A stretch of DNA of 63,142 nt, the filler included. It is 5 parts of 5 records of this genome, joined end to end, with 100 filler letters (N's around TTAATTAATTAA, not from the genome) between each part and the next. Parts side by side here need not be neighbours in the genome. Positions count along the whole stretch, not along the records: positions 56,223 to 63,142 come from DRR723986_7310; 4 more parts are not named here. One strand, 5' to 3'. This document shows positions 57,525-63,142 of this stretch, piece after piece. A program made the translations under genes and the position numbers. The notes beneath the pieces were generated by a model. It had not been told where the DNA came from. It made no database searches and saw only the letters and a program-made list of their open reading frames with translations. Positions within the stretch are counted from its first letter, which is position 1; each line of letters opens with the position of its first letter.

Positions 57525-58469
57525 CTAGCCGTGCTGGGAACAGTCACGCCCTCGCGCTGCCATTGCCTGCTGCCAACACGCGGTGGCGATACTTTCAATT
57601 TGCTGGTGCATCCACGCAATACCCTCGTCGCGGTCATGGCGGCGGTGCCAGGCGAGATGGATAGCAGTCTCAGGAATACTCAGCGGTAATTCAGCGATGG
57701 TAATACCCTCGCGGAAGGCACAGTCGCTGGTGATCACCTCGGGAATTGCCGCAATCAAATCAGAATGCCGCAGTAATTCAGGCACCGCCGAAAAATGATT
57801 GACGGTAACGGCAATGCGGCGCTCCTCCCCCAACACGCTCAGCGCATCGTCCACCACACCATGCGCATCACCTGACATCGTTGCCAATAAATGGCGAGCG
57901 CGTAGAAATTGCTCAAGGGTAATTTCTGTCTCAGCCAGAGGGTGACCACTGCGCATTGCCAACACATAGCCGGTGGAAAATAACGAGTGGCTACGCAGGC
58001 TGTGGTCTTGCTCGTCGATAATTCCAACCAATAAGTCTACGCTGGCTTCGCGCAGTTGCTCCACCGCGGTGCTCGGCGAAAACGACACCGCATGTAAATT
58101 AATGCCCGGCGCGTTGCGCTGCAATGCACAAACCAGTGGCTGCCACACCATTTCCAGAATTAAATCGGTAACCGCAACCCGAAAGGTGCGAGTAGAACTT
58201 GCCGCCTCAAACGCTTGCACATCCACTGCCGCAGCCAACTCATCAATTGGCCCGCGCACCTGATTCCACAAACTTAGTGCAAAGGCCGTTGGCGCAATCG
58301 CCCGCCCTTTCTTCACAAACAGCGGGTCGTTCCACACCGACCGCATCCGCGACACCGCATTTGACACCGCGGGCTGCGTCATACCCAAGCGCTCGGCAGC
58401 ACGCGTGATCGACCGCTCAACCATAATCGCATTGAAAATATGCAATAAATTGAGTTCCTGGTTCTTCAT
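57525..58469 (-). CDS. LysR family regulator (NodD/LeuO-like)
   Basis: LNLL..F.A...ERSITRAAERLGMTQPAVSNAVSRMR...DPLFV; LAWH.R.DRD.G..W. Confidence 0.93.
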   Translation of the reverse strand: MKNQELNLLHIFNAIMVERSITRAAERLGMTQPAVSNAVSRMRSVWNDPLFVKKGRAIAPTAFALSLWNQVRGPIDELAAAVDVQAFEAASSTRTFRVAVTDLILEMVWQPLVCALQRNAPGINLHAVSFSPSTAVEQLREASVDLLVGIIDEQDHSLRSHSLFSTGYVLAMRSGHPLAETEITLEQFLRARHLLATMSGDAHGVVDDALSVLGEERRIAVTVNHFSAVPELLRHSDLIAAIPEVITSDCAFREGITIAELPLSIPETAIHLAWHRRHDRDEGIAWMHQQIESIATACWQQAMAARGRDCSQHG

Positions 58470-58535
58470 CACCCCATTCCCATTAGCGGCAACACCCGCC
58501 AACAGTAAACCATTTTTCGAAAACGTGCGTCTCTT

Positions 58536-58557
58536 GTAGGAGCGGGCCTGACCGCGA
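58536..58557 (+). repeat. GTAG-family REP (GTAGGAGCGGGCCTGACCGCGA)
   Basis: Identical copy at 59681; one-mismatch copies at 59777 and 61434. Confidence 0.85.
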
Positions 58558-58579
58558 CCATCCCCTACACCCGCTCTAC

Positions 58580-59593
58580 CTACCGATATCCGTCTGGGTT
58601 ATTGCTCTGCCAGCGCCAGGTGTCTTCCATCATCTTCTCCAGGCTACTCTCAGCTGACCATCCCAATAGGCTTTTGGCTTTATCGGCATTTGCCCAGAAA
58701 GCGGGCAGGTCACCACTGCGGCGCGGCGCAAATTTGTAAGGCACGCTCTGGTCAGTCACCGCAGTAAATGCATTCACCATCTCCAGCACCGATACCCCGT
58801 TGCCCGTACCCAGGTTGATCGCATGCAAACCCGTTTCTTCCAATGCCTGCAACGCGCGGCAGTGACCGTCGGCCAAATCCACTACATGTAAATAGTCGCG
58901 AATACAGGTCCCATCCGGGGTGTCGTAATCATCACCAAAAATTGCTAACTCTGGCAATTTACCTACGGCAACACGGGCGATAAATGGCATCAAATTATTG
59001 GGAATGCCCAGAGGGTCCTCACCAATTAACCCCGACTTATGGGCGCCAATGGGGTTGAAGTAACGCAGCGCTGCCACTGACCAACGTGCATCAGCAATGC
59101 ACAGGTCAGCTAACACACGCTCCACCATCGCTTTCGACGCGCCGTATGGGCTGGAGGGCTGCCCCAGCGGCATGGTTTCCACGTACGGCACCGGCGCGTC
59201 GGGGCCATACACCGTAGCGGATGAACTGAACACTAATTTGAACACCCCGGCATTTGCCATGGCCTGACACAATACCAAGGTGCCATTCACGTTATAGTCG
59301 TAGTACTTCAGCGGCTGATCAACACTCTCGCCCACCGCTTTTAACCCCGCGAAATGAATCACCGCGTCAATCGCATGCTCCGCAAACAACGCCGACAGCG
59401 CGCCCGCGTCACGCACGTCGCCCTGAACAAATACCGGTGATTTACCGGTGATCTTCTCGATGCGATTCAACACCTCGGCATTGCTGTTTACCAAGTTATC
59501 CAGCACAACCACGCTGTGGCCTTGCTCCAACAACTCAACAACAGTATGGCTGCCGATATAGCCCGCACCGCCTGTTACCAAAATCGTCGCCAT
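58580..59593 (-). CDS. galE: UDP-glucose 4-epimerase
   Basis: VTGGAGYIGSH, HFAGLKAVGES, SSSATVYG, YGASK and LRYFNPIGAH motifs. Confidence 0.97.
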   Translation of the reverse strand: MATILVTGGAGYIGSHTVVELLEQGHSVVVLDNLVNSNAEVLNRIEKITGKSPVFVQGDVRDAGALSALFAEHAIDAVIHFAGLKAVGESVDQPLKYYDYNVNGTLVLCQAMANAGVFKLVFSSSATVYGPDAPVPYVETMPLGQPSSPYGASKAMVERVLADLCIADARWSVAALRYFNPIGAHKSGLIGEDPLGIPNNLMPFIARVAVGKLPELAIFGDDYDTPDGTCIRDYLHVVDLADGHCRALQALEETGLHAINLGTGNGVSVLEMVNAFTAVTDQSVPYKFAPRRSGDLPAFWANADKAKSLLGWSAESSLEKMMEDTWRWQSNNPDGYR

Positions 59594-59680
59594 ACCTTAC
59601 AACTCCGTATTTCTATAATTACCACCGCCAAAGCGCACTCGCCCACACTGTCCTACAAAACACCTCGTGCCCCATCTCTT

Positions 59681-59869
59681 GTAGGAGCGGGCCTGACCGC
59701 GACCGATCCACAACCCCTACCGTTCGCTCGGGTCGCCCTCAAGCTGGCTCCTACAAAAACACCTCGCACCACCCCTGTAGGAACGGGCCTGACCGCGACC
59801 AATCCTCAACCCTACCGCTTGCTCGGGTCGCCCTCAGGCGGGCTCCTACTTTGGGTCAGTCGCTCCTAC
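59681..59869. repeat. Two tandem REP doublets (REPIN/BIME-like, period 96 bp) plus partial REPs
   Basis: Forward REPs at 59681-59702 and 59777-59798; reverse REPs at 59733-59754 and 59828-59849; similar spacers; partial CTCCTAC end near 59863. Confidence 0.85.
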
Positions 59870-59891
59870 AAAATCATCGCCCCCCAAACAC

Positions 59892-59925
59892 AAAAAAGCC
59901 CAAACTACACACGCAGCTCGGGCTT
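59892..59925 (-). terminator. Rho-independent terminator after manC
   Basis: Minus strand GCCCGAGCTGC-GTGT-GTAGTTTGGGC-TTTTTT (stem includes G-U pairs). Confidence 0.7.
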
Positions 59926-59946
59926 CTTGAAGGGCTTTAAGTGCTA

Positions 59947-61359
59947 CTATTTTGGCGCACGACCATAGCGGTCTTCAAAACGCACAATATCATCTTCACC
60001 CAGATAAGAGCCCGACTGCACTTCAATCAGCTCCAGCGGGATCACACCAGGATTTTCCAATGCATGAACAACACCAACAGGAATATAGGTCGACTGATTT
60101 TCCGTCAACATAATTTCTTTATCGCCATTGGTTACTTTTGCAGTACCCGACACCACAATCCAATGCTCAGCGCGGTGGTGGTGCATTTGCACCGATAACT
60201 TCGCGCCAGGATTCACGGTAATACGCTTAACTTGATAGCGCTCGCCATTATCAATGGAATCGTAAACGCCCCAGGGCCGGTGAACATGGCGGTGATGCAA
60301 AATCTCGTTGCGCCCCTCCGCCTTTAATTGCTCAACAATTTTTTTCACATCCTGTACTTGGTGTTTATCTGCCACCAGGACTGCGTCATTGCTTTCCACC
60401 ACAACCACATCCTTCAAGCCGACAGTGGCCACCAGGCGACTCTCCGCACGAATATAGCTACCGTTGGTATTGTGGGTCAGCACATCGCCGTGCACGACGT
60501 TATCGTCGCCGTCACCCTCACTCACTTCCCACAGCGACGACCACGCACCTACATCGCTCCAACCCGCCGACAGCGGTACGACAACCGCCTTGGTCGTTTT
60601 TTCCATTACCGCGTAGTCAACCGAATCATCCGGGCAGGCAGTAAAGGCATCCTTACCCACACGCAGAAAATCAGCATCTTGGCTACGCTCGGCAAATGCG
60701 GCCTCACAAGCGGTATAAATATCGGGCCGATGGGCCTTTAGCTCTGCTAAATAGGTATCCGCGGCAAACATAAACATGCCGCTATTCCAGTAGTATGCGC
60801 CATCATCCAGGTAGGATTGCGCAGTCTCTGCATCCGGTTTTTCTACAAACTGCGCTACCGAATAGGCACCACCTTGTTCATCGCCACGGCGAATATAGCC
60901 GTAACCGGTATGCGCACTTTCAGGCACAATACCAAACGTCACTAAAGCACCACCCTCAGCCTGCTTTGCCGCCTCGGCTACTGCCTGATGAAACGCGGGC
61001 ACATTTTGAATCAAATGGTCTGCCGCCATCACCAACATTAATGGTGATTGCCCCTCGTTGCGCGCAAGCAGATCAAACGCTGCCAAGGCGATGGCCGGGG
61101 CAGTGTTACGCCCTACCGGCTCCAATATAATCGATGACAATGCACGCCCTGCATCCTTGGCTTGCTGAGCAACAATAAAACGGTGCTCCTCATTACAGAT
61201 CACCGTGCTACCGGAAACCTCTACACCGTCTAACCGAGCCAGCGTTTCCTGCAACATGGTTTGCTCGCCAGCAATCGAAAGAAACTGCTTCGGATACAGC
61301 CCCCGACTAGCTGGCCATAAACGGCTACCGCTACCACCAGCCATAATTACTGCGTACAT
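59947..61359 (-). CDS. manC: Mannose-1-phosphate guanylyltransferase / mannose-6-phosphate isomerase
   Basis: [42 protein letters not shown] and cupin HHHRAEHW motifs. Confidence 0.96.
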   Translation of the reverse strand: MYAVIMAGGSGSRLWPASRGLYPKQFLSIAGEQTMLQETLARLDGVEVSGSTVICNEEHRFIVAQQAKDAGRALSSIILEPVGRNTAPAIALAAFDLLARNEGQSPLMLVMAADHLIQNVPAFHQAVAEAAKQAEGGALVTFGIVPESAHTGYGYIRRGDEQGGAYSVAQFVEKPDAETAQSYLDDGAYYWNSGMFMFAADTYLAELKAHRPDIYTACEAAFAERSQDADFLRVGKDAFTACPDDSVDYAVMEKTTKAVVVPLSAGWSDVGAWSSLWEVSEGDGDDNVVHGDVLTHNTNGSYIRAESRLVATVGLKDVVVVESNDAVLVADKHQVQDVKKIVEQLKAEGRNEILHHRHVHRPWGVYDSIDNGERYQVKRITVNPGAKLSVQMHHHRAEHWIVVSGTAKVTNGDKEIMLTENQSTYIPVGVVHALENPGVIPLELIEVQSGSYLGEDDIVRFEDRYGRAPK

Positions 61360-61433
61360 CGAGCTTCCTCTCGTCCTGTATAAGAATGTAATTTCAAAAT
61401 TTTAGCGCTACCTAATAACGCCTGCTTCGCCCT

Positions 61434-61455
61434 GTAGGAGAGGGCCTGACCGCGA
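61434..61455 (+). repeat. GTAG-family REP (GTAGGAGAGGGCCTGACCGCGA)
   Basis: One mismatch to the 58536 copy; lies in the ugd-manC intergenic region. Confidence 0.8.
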
Positions 61456-61482
61456 AGTCTATGGGAAAATGAAATTTCTACC

Positions 61483-62829
61483 CTACCCTTCAACAACCCT
61501 AACACTGCGCCCACGACCAATGCCGTAATACGCCAAGCCATAGCCCTCAACAAGCTCTGGCTCATATTGGTTGCGGCCATCCACAATAACGGGGTGGGTC
61601 AACGACGCCTTCACTAGCTCAAAGTCCGGCGCCTTAAACACGTTCCACTCCGTACACACAACCAAGGCATCTGCGCCATTTAGAGCGGCCTCCTTGGTAC
61701 CCATCAATGCTAGGTCTGAACGGTGCCCGTAAATACGCTGAGTTTCATTCATCGCTTCCGGGTCGTAGGCCTGAACACTCCCGCCCGCTGCCCATACCGC
61801 TTCCATTAACACACGGCTCGGCGCGTCGCGCATATCGTCTGTATTCGGCTTGAAAGAAAGCCCCCACAGAGCAATTTTCTTACCTTGTAAATCGCCATTG
61901 AAGTGCTGAGACAAGTTCTCAAACAATTTACATTTCTGACGCTTATTCACCGCCTCAACCGAGCGTAGTAGCTCCGGCGTGTAACCCACCTTTTCTGCGG
62001 TGCGTACCAACGCCTGAACATCCTTAGGGAAACACGATCCACCATAGCCGCAGCCGGGATAAATGAAGGAATAACCAATACGGGGGTCAGAACCAATGCC
62101 CTGGCGAACCTTCTCCACATCGGCACCCAGGCGCTCAGCAAGGTTCGCAATCTCGTTCATAAAACTGATTTTAGTTGCCAACATGCAGTTGGCTGCGTAC
62201 TTAGTCAGCTCCGCCGAACGCACATCCATCACAATCAACTTTTCGTGATTGCGATTAAACGGCGCATACAACTCACGCATCTTCTCTTCAACGGCGGGGC
62301 TGTCAGTGCCTACGATAATACGGTCCGGCTTTTGGCAATCGGCTACTGCCGCACCCTCTTTCAAAAACTCTGGGTTAGACACCACGTCAAAAGGAATAGC
62401 AACGCCGCGCTCTGCCAGCACCGAGGCAACACACTCACTGACCTTGTCTGCCGTACCGACAGGTACCGTAGACTTGTCGACAATAATGCGGTGCTCTTCC
62501 ATGTAGTTAGCAATGGTCTTAGCAACGGCCAATACATACTGTAGATCTGCAGAGCCATCTTCATCAGGCGGCGTACCCACCGCAATAAACTGAATACGGC
62601 CATGCTTAACACCCACCTCAGCATCAGTGGTGAACTGCAAGCGCCCCGCCTCAACATTAGCCTGCACCAGTGGCGTTAAGCCCGGTTCATATATAGGAAT
62701 TATGCCTTTCTTCAGGTTTTCCACCCGTTCGGCATTCACATCCACACATACAACGTTGTGACCAACGCCAGCCAAGACTGCGGCTTGCACCAAGCCAACG
62801 TAACCAATGCCGAAAACTGTGACTTTCAT
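61483..62829 (-). CDS. ugd: UDP-glucose 6-dehydrogenase
   Basis: [38 protein letters not shown] and FKPNTDDMR motifs. Confidence 0.95.
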   Translation of the reverse strand: MKVTVFGIGYVGLVQAAVLAGVGHNVVCVDVNAERVENLKKGIIPIYEPGLTPLVQANVEAGRLQFTTDAEVGVKHGRIQFIAVGTPPDEDGSADLQYVLAVAKTIANYMEEHRIIVDKSTVPVGTADKVSECVASVLAERGVAIPFDVVSNPEFLKEGAAVADCQKPDRIIVGTDSPAVEEKMRELYAPFNRNHEKLIVMDVRSAELTKYAANCMLATKISFMNEIANLAERLGADVEKVRQGIGSDPRIGYSFIYPGCGYGGSCFPKDVQALVRTAEKVGYTPELLRSVEAVNKRQKCKLFENLSQHFNGDLQGKKIALWGLSFKPNTDDMRDAPSRVLMEAVWAAGGSVQAYDPEAMNETQRIYGHRSDLALMGTKEAALNGADALVVCTEWNVFKAPDFELVKASLTHPVIVDGRNQYEPELVEGYGLAYYGIGRGRSVRVVEG

Positions 62830-62875
62830 CTAATAGTCTCTCCAGGTCGATATTAAACTAAGTGAATCGACCGAA

Positions 62876-63142
62876 TCACACATGATTCCAGTAACTCTTA
62901 TACATAGACAACCGCCTACTCCAGGAATGAGGTAATGATTTGTGGTACCGCCCTAATCTATACCCCAAATATTTCGCTGCGGAGGTCATTATCGACATAA
63001 GCAAATAAAAATAGTGCTTCTGCTTTAATAGAAAAGCGATTTGTCCAAAGGCGAACCTCACCCCCTCACCCTCCACAGAACCAAGCTCCTCCAGCATCCA
63101 AGACTGATCAGAATGAAATACTCCAATATCAAAATATCGCTT
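62876..63142 (-). CDS. C-terminal fragment of a GT2 rhamnosyltransferase-like protein (RfbN/WbaN-like)
   Basis: Frame reads KRYFDIGVFHSDQSWML..GSVEGEG...KYLGYRLG...SMYKSYW. Confidence 0.7.
   Translation of the reverse strand, partial: KRYFDIGVFHSDQSWMLEELGSVEGEGVRFAFGQIAFLLKQKHYFYLLMSIMTSAAKYLGYRLGRYHKSLPHSWSRRLSMYKSYWNHV

Noticed and set aside
59681-59869. Regularly spaced repeats as a mini CRISPR array
   Set aside because: The repeats alternate in orientation, the spacers resemble each other, GTAG/CTAC ends mark them as REPs, and no cas gene is present
59516-59968. 150-aa ORF with an internal repeat
   Set aside because: It is a translation of the REP doublets and lies opposite the sugar-nucleotide operon

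Overview
This window is not one genomic locus. It consists of five contigs joined by artificial linkers (44 N + TTAATTAATTAA + 44 N) at 10591-10690, 30772-30871, 39731-39830 and 56123-56222. Taxon labels below are my inference from protein style. Contig 1 (1-10590, Bacteroidota/Kapabacteria-like): xseAB, ispF, an orphan histidine kinase, ruvX, a GWxTD protein, srkA, MarR and CNNM, with the same palindrome core at both ends. Contig 2 (10691-30771, Burkholderiaceae/Limnobacter-like) holds the most interesting locus. A NarL-type two-component pair is divergent from a six-gene cluster: a TonB-dependent receptor resembling the LutH/LanA type, an MBL-fold protein with a degenerate zinc motif, an ExbB/MotA-like subunit, an ExbD-like anchor fused to an acidic YfaP-like domain, a 2-TM protein and a lipoprotein. 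No tonB is present, so this may be a metal (possibly lanthanide) uptake system with a non-canonical energiser. Contig 2 also carries a 1415-aa kinase with two transmitter cores, a TetR/SDR/diiron/BVMO cluster, chrA-PaaI-FMN reductase and the probable start of fliC. Contig 3 (30872-39730, Marinobacter-like): ptrA, tRNA-Arg(CCT), GST, ald, SDR and hypotheticals. Contig 4 (39831-56122, high-GC Halieaceae-like): argG, pyrC, rnt, MMPL, mpl, a PPi-type PFK next to ppa, an M15 peptidase, a Ser/Thr kinase with five Cys-pair repeats, a Rieske protein, sfsA and dksA. Contig 5 (56223-63142, Cellvibrionales-like): lpxR, LysR, galE, manC, ugd and a GT2 fragment, with GTAG-family REP/REPIN elements between the genes. 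No CRISPR array or rRNA was seen.
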